From: a virus
Lineage: Duplodnaviria; Caudoviricetes
IMG/VR virus record: IMGVR_UViG_3300013902_000016
Location: 401-64,400 of that record
Strand: one strand, 5' to 3'
Length of the DNA: 64,000 nt
Numbering within the stretch: the stretch's first letter is position 1; every line of letters begins with the position of its first letter. Made by a program: the position numbers and the translations under genes. The notes under the pieces were generated by a model that worked only from the letters and a program-made list of their open reading frames with translations, ran no database searches and was not told the origin of the DNA. This document shows, one piece after another, positions 27,458 to 36,941 of the stretch.

Positions 27458-27559
27458 ATATATAAGTACTTGCACCAGTACTTAGGGCTAAATGACTAAC
27501 CGCATTTAGCCCGATTCCTTTCTGTAAAAGATTGTATAAATAAGAATACGTTTATATAA

Positions 27560-27794
27560 GTAATACACGTACAATACACAAAATCAAAGAAAATGGCTTA
27601 TTTACGCCACCATCAGTTCTCAAAACGTTAATATCTCGTATATTTTCGTCAAAATCTATGCATACGAAAACCCGCATAAATGCAATGTTTGTGCGGGTTT
27701 TACTATTTATGCTATGCAAAAAGTTTGTATAAAACAGATAAAAAACAAGAAGATTTTTATTCGTAATACACGTACAATACACGCACAATACACA
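27560..27794. other. attP-like region (integrase arm-type repeats)
   Basis: 20-bp direct repeat gtaatacacgtacaatacac at 27560 and 27763; aatacac at 11-bp period; abuts integrase 3' end. Confidence 0.6.
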
Positions 27795-27799
27795 AAAAA

Positions 27800-28819
27800 C
27801 TATATTTTATTTATCGCATCAATAAGCTGTTCTATGGTTTTATGCGTATAAACACGATCGGTAATATCTTTACTTGCATGCCCTAAAATTAATTGAATTA
27901 TCTTTTTATTTATGTCCGCATCAGATAAGAGCGTGGCACATGTATGCCGCCCGTCGTGCGGTAGGTGAGCCATTTTTGATAAAATCGGGGAACGTTCCCA
28001 AAAGTGTGAACGAAGTCTATCGTAAGTAAATAATGGATTATTATCTTTTTTACTCATTGCAAGATATTCGCCACCATCATTATACATATCTGTAATGAAT
28101 GGCATTATCTTATTTGCAATCGGTATAATACGGTTTTTCCCAGCTGCGGTTTTCATGCCACCAAGCATATATTTTTTATCAAGAAAAACATTCTCTCTTT
28201 TTATGTGTAACAGCTCTGATGGTCGTAGCCCAGTATATATATAAACAAGAGCATACCGAACGCCTGCATCTTCTATATGTTTCCACAGTGTTTTTATTTC
28301 AGACTGAGTAAACGGTTTATGCACACGGCTTAAAGTAGCTGTTGGAAGAATTATAAATTGTGAATAGTTAGTGCTAGTTATTTCTATACGCATTGCGTAT
28401 TTATATAATTGGTTACATAGTATTTTTATATTCTTTTTTGTACTGTACCCCTTTTTACAATTATCAACGGCATTCTGTAAATCATCGGGGCGAATATCTA
28501 AGAAAAACATATCGTGCAGTGTGGCAGCCCATTTATACGCCGATATATAAGAATTAGGAACCGGCTTATCTTTATATTTCCAGTTTACCCATTTACTATA
28601 CAATTCAGAAAAAGTAATATGCCGTGAATCAACATCATATGGATGTTCGTTGTATTCTTTTAGAAAAGCTAAGGCTTCTGTTCTAGTGCGAAATGTACCT
28701 AAACACTTTACGAGCTGTTTCCCGTCATCTGCCCATCCAGTCGTAACTCGCACCGCAAAAGGCTTGCGTCGCTTTCCTCCTATTTTATAAATACATCCAT
28801 ACCCGTTCGGTAATCTCAT
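27800..28819 (-). CDS. int: Tyrosine integrase
   Basis: N-terminal arm-binding RLPNGYG; YTGLRPSE, HDGRHT, LGH, VYTH catalytic motifs. Confidence 0.92.
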   Translation of the reverse strand: MRLPNGYGCIYKIGGKRRKPFAVRVTTGWADDGKQLVKCLGTFRTRTEALAFLKEYNEHPYDVDSRHITFSELYSKWVNWKYKDKPVPNSYISAYKWAATLHDMFFLDIRPDDLQNAVDNCKKGYSTKKNIKILCNQLYKYAMRIEITSTNYSQFIILPTATLSRVHKPFTQSEIKTLWKHIEDAGVRYALVYIYTGLRPSELLHIKRENVFLDKKYMLGGMKTAAGKNRIIPIANKIMPFITDMYNDGGEYLAMSKKDNNPLFTYDRLRSHFWERSPILSKMAHLPHDGRHTCATLLSDADINKKIIQLILGHASKDITDRVYTHKTIEQLIDAINKI

Positions 28820-28964
28820 GATTGAATGCGCCCCTTTCTATGCTATACTATACATAGCTGGTTAGCACCAGCATAAAATACGCATCTTTTTACCTATAGA
28901 AAATATCACTAACGTACATTGCATCGTCTCTCTGAATTGAATTTACGTTTAGTGATATTTTTTA

Positions 28965-28993
28965 TTGAATAGGCGAGTAGAGCATGATATTAT
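28965..28993 (+). promoter_or_regulatory. Promoter antisense to the immunity/integrase genes
   Basis: TTGAAT-17 nt-TATTAT with TG extension. Confidence 0.45.
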
Positions 28994-29039
28994 ATACATG
29001 AGCCTATTCAATGAATTCCACATCGTTTATCAGTAGAGG

Positions 29040-29108
29040 GAGCCACTTAAAACGTGGCTCTTTTCTCATATATAAGTAAAGCCCAACCGCTTTGGTTGAG
29101 CTTTTTTT
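29040..29108. terminator. Two hairpin terminators
   Basis: gagccac/gtggctc+tttt and aagcccaacc/ggttgagctt+T tract. Confidence 0.55.
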
Positions 29109-29112
29109 TATT

Positions 29113-29451
29113 TTAATCATGTATTAACGGAGCTTGTGCATTTATCATTTCTTTTGCCCATTTATATTTACTAGCTGGAACAGGGATGAATGAAGTAATT
29201 AAATAATCAACAACTAAAATAATAAGTGCATAATACCATTTATATTGATAAACTATATAGAAAATGATGAGCCAACTAAGTATTGAAAACACTCTGCGGA
29301 ATCTATAACACTTAGATAACGGGCATACTGTTTGTCTAAAATCCATTGGCAGATTGTATTTCCGCTGTAAATCAAGCACGGCACGTTGCGTTAAGAAATT
29401 GTTTATGCAAAAAATGTCAACTATTATATATAGAATTACCATTAATATCAT
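29113..29451 (-). CDS. Membrane protein in immunity operon (superinfection-exclusion candidate)
   Basis: Three hydrophobic segments; co-oriented downstream of repressor and ImmA. Confidence 0.5.
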   Translation of the reverse strand: MILMVILYIIVDIFCINNFLTQRAVLDLQRKYNLPMDFRQTVCPLSKCYRFRRVFSILSWLIIFYIVYQYKWYYALIILVVDYLITSFIPVPASKYKWAKEMINAQAPLIHD

Positions 29452-29455
29452 GTTA

Positions 29456-29932
29456 TCACCACTCCACTAAGCCTTCTACGAACAGATTATACAAATCCCT
29501 GCACGTTACAATCTTTTCAAAAGGTGGTATCTTATTGTACATCCTTTTGACCTGTATAAATCTATGCGATAGCAGGTAAAAGGCAAATAGATCTGCTTCA
29601 TACTCACGTCTAGCACATCTATATTCACCACAATTATAATGAAACAGATAGAATTGTCTATCGTGCAGGAAGTAGTGCCCCATTTCATGAGCAACTACCA
29701 TGGGTGCTTCCCAGTCGTTGATGCTATCCGATACTACAATACAACACCTTTTATCTATATGAAGCATATATCCTCGTATCTGCTTCGGGAGCGTCGTATA
29801 TACGACAGGTATATGCATTTTTTTAGCTATTTTCAACGGGCAAGCCGTACCCAGTGTATCTATAACAGCATGAACACGATGTTCAATGGCTTTCCTCGTC
29901 GCCATTGTTTCCGCCTTCTCTCTGCTTTTCAA
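29456..29932 (-). CDS. ImmA/IrrE-family metallopeptidase (anti-repressor)
   Basis: VAHEMGHYFLH (HExxH) and EYEADLFA. Confidence 0.85.
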   Translation of the reverse strand: MKSREKAETMATRKAIEHRVHAVIDTLGTACPLKIAKKMHIPVVYTTLPKQIRGYMLHIDKRCCIVVSDSINDWEAPMVVAHEMGHYFLHDRQFYLFHYNCGEYRCARREYEADLFAFYLLSHRFIQVKRMYNKIPPFEKIVTCRDLYNLFVEGLVEW

Positions 29933-30287
29933 TAGCCATAAAAGCTATCTTTAAAGACTGCTCTAATATATCTCTATCTTTATCGGATAGATTAACGGCA
30001 TTTCCATCAAATACAATTCTTGCTTGCAAAAGGAACTTGTTTATGTCGTTATCATCAACTCCATTTTTTAAATACGGAGAATCGGTTCTACCCAGAAGAT
30101 AATCTGTAGAAACATGAAAAAAATTAGCGAATGCGATAATCATATCAGCCTTAGGGATTCTCCTATTTTTTTCATAATTAGCCAATGTACTCTGTTCAAT
30201 TCCTAAAGATGCACAAACCTCTCCCTGTGTACTACCGCTTTTTTCTCTTAATAAACGGATCCTATCTCCTATTCTCATAAACAACAC
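29883..30287 (-). CDS. cI/ImmR-like XRE repressor
   Basis: IRLLREKSGSTQ...LANYEKNRRIP...VSTDYLLG HTH; no LexA-type peptidase domain. Confidence 0.88.
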   Translation of the reverse strand: MLFMRIGDRIRLLREKSGSTQGEVCASLGIEQSTLANYEKNRRIPKADMIIAFANFFHVSTDYLLGRTDSPYLKNGVDDNDINKFLLQARIVFDGNAVNLSDKDRDILEQSLKIAFMAIEKQREGGNNGDEESH

Positions 30288-30295
30288 CTTCTTTT

Positions 30296-30403
30296 TATTT
30301 CACATAGAAATATTTCTTTATGAAATAATATTAACATTAATATTACTAAAAATCAATTTTCTTTTTGAAATATTTAACTTGACTTTTATTTCCAAATGAA
30401 ATA
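30296..30403. promoter_or_regulatory. Switch operators TATTTC-N5-GAAATA and lytic promoter
   Basis: Operators at 30296, 30311, 30387 and degenerate at 30356 (another at 30777); TTGACT-17-TATAAT at 30379-30407. Confidence 0.7.
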
Positions 30404-30586
30404 TAATATAAACATCAAATAAATACAGAAACCGCTGTGATGGGGCAGCGGAGCTAGTGCGACTAGAATGTCGGGAGAAATGCCACCGCTTGCAGAAATG
30501 GAATGTAGCTCATCAAATACGACCGCTTGTAAACAGCAACGTGGAGAGATGCACGGCTAGCATTTAAGAAAAATAAGGAGATAAAA

Positions 30587-30772
30587 ATGAAAAATAAAAT
30601 AAAAAAATACCGGTTAAAGAAAAAGCTAACGCAAGCAGAGTTAGCTAAAAAAATAGGGAAATCACAGATTTGTATTTCCTTATACGAAACAGGTCGGAGA
30701 AAACCAGATATTTATGTAGCCGCTAAGATAGCGAAAGCATTGGAAACTACACTTGATAATATTTTTTTGTAG
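30587..30772 (+). CDS. Cro-like HTH
   Basis: 61-aa XRE HTH divergent from repressor. Confidence 0.85.
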   Translation: MKNKIKKYRLKKKLTQAELAKKIGKSQICISLYETGRRKPDIYVAAKIAKALETTLDNIFL

Positions 30773-30839
30773 TTTATATTTCGTTTCGAAATACATAATG
30801 TGACTTTTGAAATAATGCAAAAAGGAAAGAGAGGTTTAC

Positions 30840-31652
30840 ATGAACGAACTAAAGATTTTCCAAAGCTCAGAATTTGGCACCATCCGAACACTCACGATAG
30901 ACAATGAACCATGGTTTGTAGGTAAGGATGTGGCGAGTATTCTAGGATATTCGAGAACAAATAAAATGCAAGAAATTATTTATGCAGAGGATAAACAAGA
31001 AATAGACCCACAGAACAGCCTGTATACTGGATTGCACCAAAATGGAGCAACCCTAGAACCGAATAAAAATGTAAGAAGAATGTTAATAATAAACGAGAGC
31101 GGTTTGTATCAAGCGATATTTGGTAGCACATTGCCTAAAGCAAAAGAATTTAAACGATGGGTAACGTCGGAAGTACTGCCATCAATCAGAAAACACGGGG
31201 CGTACATGACAGATGATGTCCTTGAAAGAACAATTACTGACCCCGATTTTATGATAAAACTGCTCACCAAGATGAAAGAAGAAAAGAAAGCAAGAGAAAT
31301 AGCAGAACAGCAGGTGAAGGAACTCACGCCCAAGGGGATTTTTGCCGATGCCGTTAATTCGTCAGACACATCAATTCTTGTCGGTGAACTTGCAAAGCTC
31401 TTAAAACAAAATGGCGTAAATATGGGGCGTAATCGTTTGTTCGAGTGGATGAAGAACAACGGTTATCTCATTAAGAGTGGCAGTGAACGCAACATGCCGA
31501 CGCAAAAGAGTATGGAAATGAAACTACTCGAAATAAAAGAACGGAATATTGCCAATCCTGACGGCTCAGTAAAGATAGTAAAAACGCCAAAGGTTACAGG
31601 GAAAGGACAGATTTATTTCATTAACAAGCTATTAAGTAAAAAGGAGGCGTAA
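30840..31652 (+). CDS. Antirepressor (BRO-N + KilA-C)
   Basis: EFGTIRT...PWFVGKDVA, FKRWVTSEVLPSIRKHG, KTPKVTGKGQIYF. Confidence 0.88.
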   Translation: MNELKIFQSSEFGTIRTLTIDNEPWFVGKDVASILGYSRTNKMQEIIYAEDKQEIDPQNSLYTGLHQNGATLEPNKNVRRMLIINESGLYQAIFGSTLPKAKEFKRWVTSEVLPSIRKHGAYMTDDVLERTITDPDFMIKLLTKMKEEKKAREIAEQQVKELTPKGIFADAVNSSDTSILVGELAKLLKQNGVNMGRNRLFEWMKNNGYLIKSGSERNMPTQKSMEMKLLEIKERNIANPDGSVKIVKTPKVTGKGQIYFINKLLSKKEA

Positions 31653-31691
31653 ATAAAGAAATGCGATGAAAGCTTAGAAAAGGAGTAGCAA

Positions 31692-31898
31692 ATGAAAATA
31701 ACCGTCGAGCAAGCTAGTAAGCTATTGGGCATTAGTAAACAGTGCTTGAGAGTGGCTATGCGAAGAAAAAACCTTCCTATCGGATTTGAGCAGTTATCCG
31801 ACGGGAAGGCAAAACGGCGGTACTACTACATATCGCCGAAAATGTTAGCCGAATATATCGGCGTTAGTGTTGAAGAATTGGAAAGGAGATTAGTATGA
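31692..31898 (+). CDS. Excisionase-like DNA-binding protein
   Basis: KITVEQASKLLG...YYYISP; position after antirepressor. Confidence 0.55.
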   Translation: MKITVEQASKLLGISKQCLRVAMRRKNLPIGFEQLSDGKAKRRYYYISPKMLAEYIGVSVEELERRLV

Positions 31899-32095
31899 TT
31901 GAAAGCTGGGTCAACAAGAACTACGAATTAGCTCAATTAGAGCATATTCGTGAAGCAAGAGAAAACCTGCGGATTGCTTTAGAAGCAGAGAAAAACTGCA
32001 AAAAGGCAGGAAAAAAAGAAGCCGTAAAAGACTTCTTAGCAGGGATGTTTATTTTGATTTTATTTGTTGATTTTCTCTTATTGGCTTGCTTATAA
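31895..32095 (+). CDS. Small protein with C-terminal TM
   Basis: ATGA overlap; hydrophobic C-terminus. Confidence 0.45.
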   Translation: MIESWVNKNYELAQLEHIREARENLRIALEAEKNCKKAGKKEAVKDFLAGMFILILFVDFLLLACL

Positions 32096-32177
32096 GAGAA
32101 AAGCCGCTCGGTGAATACCAACACCGAACGGCAACAATACGACAGTGCAATTATAGCACAGAACAGGAGAAAAGACA

Positions 32178-32573
32178 ATGGAAAACAAAAAACTGCACGA
32201 TGAATTAATGCGGCAGATAGAACATATCATTAAAAAAAACGGGTATGAAGTCGAATCAGATCCGCTTACTGATGAAATGAAAGAAGCCAGCAAGCAGCTT
32301 GCAACATGCTGCGCAGTGGCGTCAAAAGTAGCGGCATTTAGCGACGACCCAGATATTAAGTTGTGCGCTAAACGGCTAGAGAAGTTTTCGTCAGATTTGT
32401 TAGACAATTTAAGATTCCCAAACATAATTGAACGCTACGTAGAACTTGTTGATTACGTAACGTTCGAAACAGACGATTTAGAAGGTTTTAAAGCAGGCGT
32501 CATCGTCGATTACTTACGAGACGCTATAGAAGAAGCAGAGCATGCGTATGAAGAATGGAAAATGGGGGCGTAA
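32178..32573 (+). CDS. Hypothetical protein
   Basis: RBS aggag; acidic 131 aa. Confidence 0.55.
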   Translation: MENKKLHDELMRQIEHIIKKNGYEVESDPLTDEMKEASKQLATCCAVASKVAAFSDDPDIKLCAKRLEKFSSDLLDNLRFPNIIERYVELVDYVTFETDDLEGFKAGVIVDYLRDAIEEAEHAYEEWKMGA

Positions 32574-33058
32574 ACATGAATCTATATGAAATCAATCAGA
32601 CACTGTTGAACTTAAAAGAAACGGAAGATGGCATTGTCTGCACATTCACCGGTGAACTGTTGACAGCTGCGGACTTGAAAAAGTTGGCTGTTGAAAAAGA
32701 CAATGTAATTGAAAGTCTTGCGTGTTGGTATAAAGACCTAGAAAGCGACGCTGACGGCCTAGACGCTGAAATCAAGCGGCTGACTGAACGTAAAAAAGCT
32801 AAGAAGAATAAGGCTGAGCAGCTGAAAAAAGTACTGGCTGATGAATTAGACGGAAAAAAATTTGAAACGTCAAAATGCGCCATGTCATTCCGAAAGTCAA
32901 CAAGCGTCGCCGTTGATAACGAAGACATTATTCCTAGCGGCTATCTTGTTGAGCAAAAGCCGAAAGTCGATAAAACGGCAATAAAAAAAGCATTGAATGC
33001 AGGCGTTGAAGTAGCAGGTTGCCACTTGGAAACAAAAAACAACTTACAAATAAAGTAG
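32555..33058 (+). CDS. Siphovirus Gp157/Mu Gam-like protein
   Basis: NLYEI...K.EI.RL...K...FRKS.SV...PKVDKTAIKKAL..G.EV.G pattern; precedes SSAP. Confidence 0.75.
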   Translation: MENGGVNMNLYEINQTLLNLKETEDGIVCTFTGELLTAADLKKLAVEKDNVIESLACWYKDLESDADGLDAEIKRLTERKKAKKNKAEQLKKVLADELDGKKFETSKCAMSFRKSTSVAVDNEDIIPSGYLVEQKPKVDKTAIKKALNAGVEVAGCHLETKNNLQIK

Positions 33059-33069
33059 AGGTGTGAATT

Positions 33070-33726
33070 ATGGGAATAACTCAAAAGTTATTAAATATAC
33101 AAGAAAAGCTAAATGCACCGAAGAATCAAAAAAATACGTTCGGCAATTACAACTATCGTAGTTGTGAAGACATCCTAGAGGCCGTCAAGCCGTTGTGCGT
33201 AGCTGAAAAAGCGACTGTATTGCTGAATGACGAAATCATGTTTGTGCAGGGGCGTTTCTACGTCAAAGCTACGGCAACGCTGGTCGATTGTGAAAGTGAA
33301 GAAAAAGTACAGACAACAGCTTTTGCACGAGAAGCGGATGCTAAAAAAGGCATGGACGATTCACAGCTGACGGGGTGTGCGTCAAGTTACGCAAGAAAAT
33401 ATGCGTTAAACGGGCTATTCTGTATCGACGATGCAAAAGACAGCGATACGAACGAAATGCGCCCACAGACGCAATACAGCTCAAAACAACAATCACAAGG
33501 AAAATCATACAGCCAACAGCCAAAACAGCGTCAAAACGGCGCACAGGCACAAAATACGGCAAGCCACAGTATGAACCGCAACCAGCTTTTATTAAATGTT
33601 GTTGGCAAAATGCGGAATGACAGCGGGCTGGCAGATAAAGCACAAATCATGATTGAAGAAATGGGGAAGAAATCAATCAACGATTTGAGTGTCGAAGAAC
33701 TTCAGAAGTTGGATAGCTCATTATGA
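33070..33726 (+). CDS. ERF-family single-strand annealing protein
   Basis: YNYRSCEDILEAVKP and GCASSYARKYALNGLF. Confidence 0.85.
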   Translation: MGITQKLLNIQEKLNAPKNQKNTFGNYNYRSCEDILEAVKPLCVAEKATVLLNDEIMFVQGRFYVKATATLVDCESEEKVQTTAFAREADAKKGMDDSQLTGCASSYARKYALNGLFCIDDAKDSDTNEMRPQTQYSSKQQSQGKSYSQQPKQRQNGAQAQNTASHSMNRNQLLLNVVGKMRNDSGLADKAQIMIEEMGKKSINDLSVEELQKLDSSL

Positions 33727-34268
33727 TAGAATTCACGACCGCCGTACATGCAATGACGGCATTTATAAATGGCGTGCCAAGGGAAGGGATATTCATTCCC
33801 ATCCCTAGTGGCACAGAGCTGAAAGAAAACATAAAGTACAAGATAGAGATTAAGCGTCCTAGCAAAACGAGGTCACTTGACGCCAACAGTTATTGCTGGT
33901 TGCTATGTCAGAAGATAGCTGAAAACGTTAGCCGTGACGGTACGTATATCAGTAAAGAAGACGTATATCGACGTGCTATTAAAAATAGTGGCGAATTTGT
34001 CGATATGGCGGTCACAAACGCCGCCGTCGATAAAACTATCAATGCATGGGAATCAAATGGTTTGGGATGGCTCACAGAGAATCTAGGAGCCGCTAGAAAT
34101 TTAAAGAACTGTACAAAATTGCGGTGCTACTACGGCTCGCATGTATACGACATGAAAGCAATGTCAAGGCTGCTTGAATGTCTTACTGATGAATGCCAAC
34201 AGCTTGGCATACCGATTAGACCGCAGGAAGATATGGAAAGTTTAATCAAGGAATGGGGAGATGAATAA
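33723..34268 (+). CDS. NinB/Orf-like recombination protein
   Basis: RSLDANSYCWLLCQKIA and GSHVYDMKAMSRLLE. Confidence 0.55.
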   Translation: MIEFTTAVHAMTAFINGVPREGIFIPIPSGTELKENIKYKIEIKRPSKTRSLDANSYCWLLCQKIAENVSRDGTYISKEDVYRRAIKNSGEFVDMAVTNAAVDKTINAWESNGLGWLTENLGAARNLKNCTKLRCYYGSHVYDMKAMSRLLECLTDECQQLGIPIRPQEDMESLIKEWGDE

Positions 34269-34520
34269 ATGAAAAGAAAACAAAGCCAATGGCTGAAAGT
34301 ACGAAAAGAAGCTGCTGAGCGTGACGGGTGTGCATGTATTGTGTGCGGAAGACCTGCAACAGATGTACATCACATTGTATTTCGTAGTCAGTGTGGCAAA
34401 GATGAATTAAACAACGTCGTGTGTTTGTGTCGGCATCATCATAAACAGGCACACAGCGAAAAGGCTAAACAGTGGCGGTTATATTTTAAGAATTATTTAA
34501 TTACACATTTTGGAGAATAA
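34269..34520 (+). CDS. HNH endonuclease
   Basis: CIVCG...HHIVFRSQCG...NVVCLCRHHH. Confidence 0.8.
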   Translation: MKRKQSQWLKVRKEAAERDGCACIVCGRPATDVHHIVFRSQCGKDELNNVVCLCRHHHKQAHSEKAKQWRLYFKNYLITHFGE

Positions 34521-34521
34521 T

Positions 34522-35343
34522 ATGGCAACAATAAGAGTCGTTAAAGATAAAAATTTCACGATAATGTCGAATTATCACCTGAGAGATAAGCGATTGAGTT
34601 TTAAAGCAATGGGCTTGATGAGTTTTATGCTGAGCGTATCAGACGATTGGGAGTACTCAGTAAACGGGTTGGCTCAATGCGCTAAAGATAAAAAAGATTC
34701 TGTTTTATCAGCACTCAAAGAGCTGAAAAAATACGGATACTTGAAAATTGAAAACAAACGAAACGAAAAGGGCGTTTTTCAAGGTTCTGTTTACACGATA
34801 TACGAAAAACCACCGTGTGCGGAAAACCCGTCACCGCATTCGGAAAAACCGCATTCGGAAAAACCGCATTCGGAAAAACCGCATTCGGAAAAACCGCATT
34901 CGGAAAATCCGCTACAAAGAAATACTAACTTAAAGAAAGTACTAAATGAAAGAAGTACTGATAGAAAGAAGGGGGAAGTCGGAAAATCCGACATTCCCAG
35001 CCACCGATTTAAACCACCTTGTTTAGCCGATGTGGAAGAATATGTTAAAGAAAAAGGCTATACAGGTTTTGACTGCGAACGCTTTATAGACTTCTACGAA
35101 AGCAAAGGATGGATGGTCGGGAAGAATAAAATGAAGGACTGGAAAGCGGCTGTCAGAAATTGGGCTAGAAGCAATAAAGAAAGAGCAAGTGGCAGCAAGT
35201 CAACGTGGAACCGTCCCGATACAGAACGTAGCCAAGTTGTTTATAACCTGCTTGCCAAGTATGAAGCAGAAGAAAGGATGAACAATGGAACAGAAGAAGA
35301 ACACACTGAAAGCAATAGCACCGTTGCAGATAGCTTTTACTGA
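34522..35343 (+). CDS. Replication initiator
   Basis: NFTIMSNYHLRDKRLSFKAMGL wHTH; internal repeats; FIDFYESKGWMVGKNKMKDWKAAVRNW. Confidence 0.85.
   Translation: MATIRVVKDKNFTIMSNYHLRDKRLSFKAMGLMSFMLSVSDDWEYSVNGLAQCAKDKKDSVLSALKELKKYGYLKIENKRNEKGVFQGSVYTIYEKPPCAENPSPHSEKPHSEKPHSEKPHSEKPHSENPLQRNTNLKKVLNERSTDRKKGEVGKSDIPSHRFKPPCLADVEEYVKEKGYTGFDCERFIDFYESKGWMVGKNKMKDWKAAVRNWARSNKERASGSKSTWNRPDTERSQVVYNLLAKYEAEERMNNGTEEEHTESNSTVADSFY
34834..34908 (+). repeat. Five 15-bp tandem repeats, probable origin iterons
   Basis: (ccgcattcggaaaaa)x5 inside the initiator gene, encoding PHSEK repeats. Confidence 0.7.
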
Positions 35344-35827
35344 AAGCATGACAGAGCAGCGCATGGAACTATACGTTGAGATGCTGAGTGATATTAACGC
35401 AAGTTTGCTGTCAAACGTTGTCTTAAAGCTACTCATGACAGCGAGAAAACTACCGACAATAGCTGAAATACGAGAAAAAGCGGAACAGGCAATGGAATTA
35501 ATTAACGGTTCTGAAAAGTTGGGAGCAGATGAAGCATGGGGTGTTGTGCAAAAGAAAATCATGAGTGTCGGGCAATACTCAAAACCACATTTCGATGATG
35601 CTGTACTATCTGAAACAGTGGATAATCTCGGATGGATTGAAATATGTCAGACGCCGATAGAACAGTCAGCGACATTACGAGCACAATTTAGAAAAGCTTA
35701 CGAACAGTGCCTAGAACGATCTAAAACGCGCAAACAATGGGAAAAGGTGGGAATTATACCTACGGATAAGAAAAAAGCGTTAGATGGGACAATAAGACTA
35801 TTGGTTGGTAATAAAGGAGTTGTGTAG
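35285..35827 (+). CDS. Helicase loader/inhibitor-like protein (G39P-like)
   Basis: Follows initiator; PTIAEIRE and ADEAWG motifs. Confidence 0.55.
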   Translation: MEQKKNTLKAIAPLQIAFTESMTEQRMELYVEMLSDINASLLSNVVLKLLMTARKLPTIAEIREKAEQAMELINGSEKLGADEAWGVVQKKIMSVGQYSKPHFDDAVLSETVDNLGWIEICQTPIEQSATLRAQFRKAYEQCLERSKTRKQWEKVGIIPTDKKKALDGTIRLLVGNKGVV

Positions 35828-35829
35828 GA

Positions 35830-36042
35830 GTGGCGGTATCTGATGAAATAGTGAGTTTTGCCAAAAGAAAATTTTCTGAAATAACGAAAGAGCAAATAGA
35901 AACTTATAGTGACGAATTCCAATATAACATGGATTGCAGAGGACAAATTGATGGGCATCCGCTTGTGATGCGAATAGACAAGTACACAGGAAATATATGC
36001 AATGTGGTGTTATTTACAAAAGCAGAACTAGAAAGAAAATAA
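35830..36042 (+). CDS. Hypothetical protein
   Basis: GTG start after aggag. Confidence 0.4.
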   Translation: MAVSDEIVSFAKRKFSEITKEQIETYSDEFQYNMDCRGQIDGHPLVMRIDKYTGNICNVVLFTKAELERK

Positions 36043-36044
36043 AT

Positions 36045-36296
36045 ATGGACATAGTTAGTGTACGTGGAATTGGCAGTCACAAAAGGGAAACTAAGTACTA
36101 TATCGACCGCGATTTAGTTATATGCGGATGTTTTAAAGGCACACTAGAAGAATTTAAAGCAAAATTAGAAATGGTGTATGGCGGTAGCTGGTTTCCGAGC
36201 CATAAACGCTACTATGCAGAATACATGGCAGCTATTGAATTTTTTGAAAAATGCAGAAAGGCGGCAACTGATTTTGAACAGCGTAACAGAATTTAA
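36045..36296 (+). CDS. Conserved phage hypothetical protein
   Basis: ICGCFKGTLEEF...Y...EYMAAIEF motif. Confidence 0.55.
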   Translation: MDIVSVRGIGSHKRETKYYIDRDLVICGCFKGTLEEFKAKLEMVYGGSWFPSHKRYYAEYMAAIEFFEKCRKAATDFEQRNRI

Positions 36297-36846
36297 ACAA
36301 GCTAAAGATGGTGGGATTGTTAATACGATGGTGTTAACTTATCAAGCGTTGCACGATTATTACAGATTTGGAAACAAACGGTTAAATAAATTGCGTGAAT
36401 GCGTAAAAAAGAGAGCAGAAGCGTTTGAAAAGCTAACAAATGAAGAAAAAGAGAAAAGCTTCAATGCTATGCGAGATAAACTACTTGATAATGTGCTAAA
36501 AATGCAGCTTACAGACGATTTTATTATTCACTTGATAAAGACGTTGGGCGTAAAAGGAAAATGCCGTACAACGGCAGAAATGGCAATTTCATATATGTAT
36601 GTCATGACAATGATGAGCCTTTGGGAGGATTTTAAATTTAAAAAAGATGACATACAATTTTTGCAGAAAAAAATAAAAGAGTATGTTTTTGTGATCAAAG
36701 AAAACGACGATATTAATATATGTAGCTTTATGAAATGCTTAAAGCTGGAGTGCGGATGGCGTTTCAAAAGTCTCGATAGGTACGAAAAAGAATACGGAAA
36801 AATAGATATTGGTCCGAAACATGCGATTTATGAATTGACTATATAA
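36178..36846 (+). CDS. Hypothetical protein (start uncertain)
   Basis: Internally duplicated LHDYYRFG/LWEDFKFK-type motif. Confidence 0.5.
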   Translation: MAVAGFRAINATMQNTWQLLNFLKNAERRQLILNSVTEFKQAKDGGIVNTMVLTYQALHDYYRFGNKRLNKLRECVKKRAEAFEKLTNEEKEKSFNAMRDKLLDNVLKMQLTDDFIIHLIKTLGVKGKCRTTAEMAISYMYVMTMMSLWEDFKFKKDDIQFLQKKIKEYVFVIKENDDINICSFMKCLKLECGWRFKSLDRYEKEYGKIDIGPKHAIYELTI

Positions 36847-36941
36847 AGAGATAAAATAAAATGAAACGACAAAAAATGTTTAATCGAGCATACAACTTAA
36901 TTGTGCGTTTGTAAGTAAAAGATAAAAAGGAGTAGATAATA

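Noticed and set aside
27596-27615. cgccacca resembling a tRNA 3' end as att core
   Set aside because: No preceding T-arm (GTTCRA); core not identifiable by eye
34748-34994. Repetitive ORFs (RIRKN / SECGF) and a possible CRISPR at the 15-bp repeats
   Set aside because: Alternative frames of the iteron array; repeats are contiguous with no spacers and there are no cas genes
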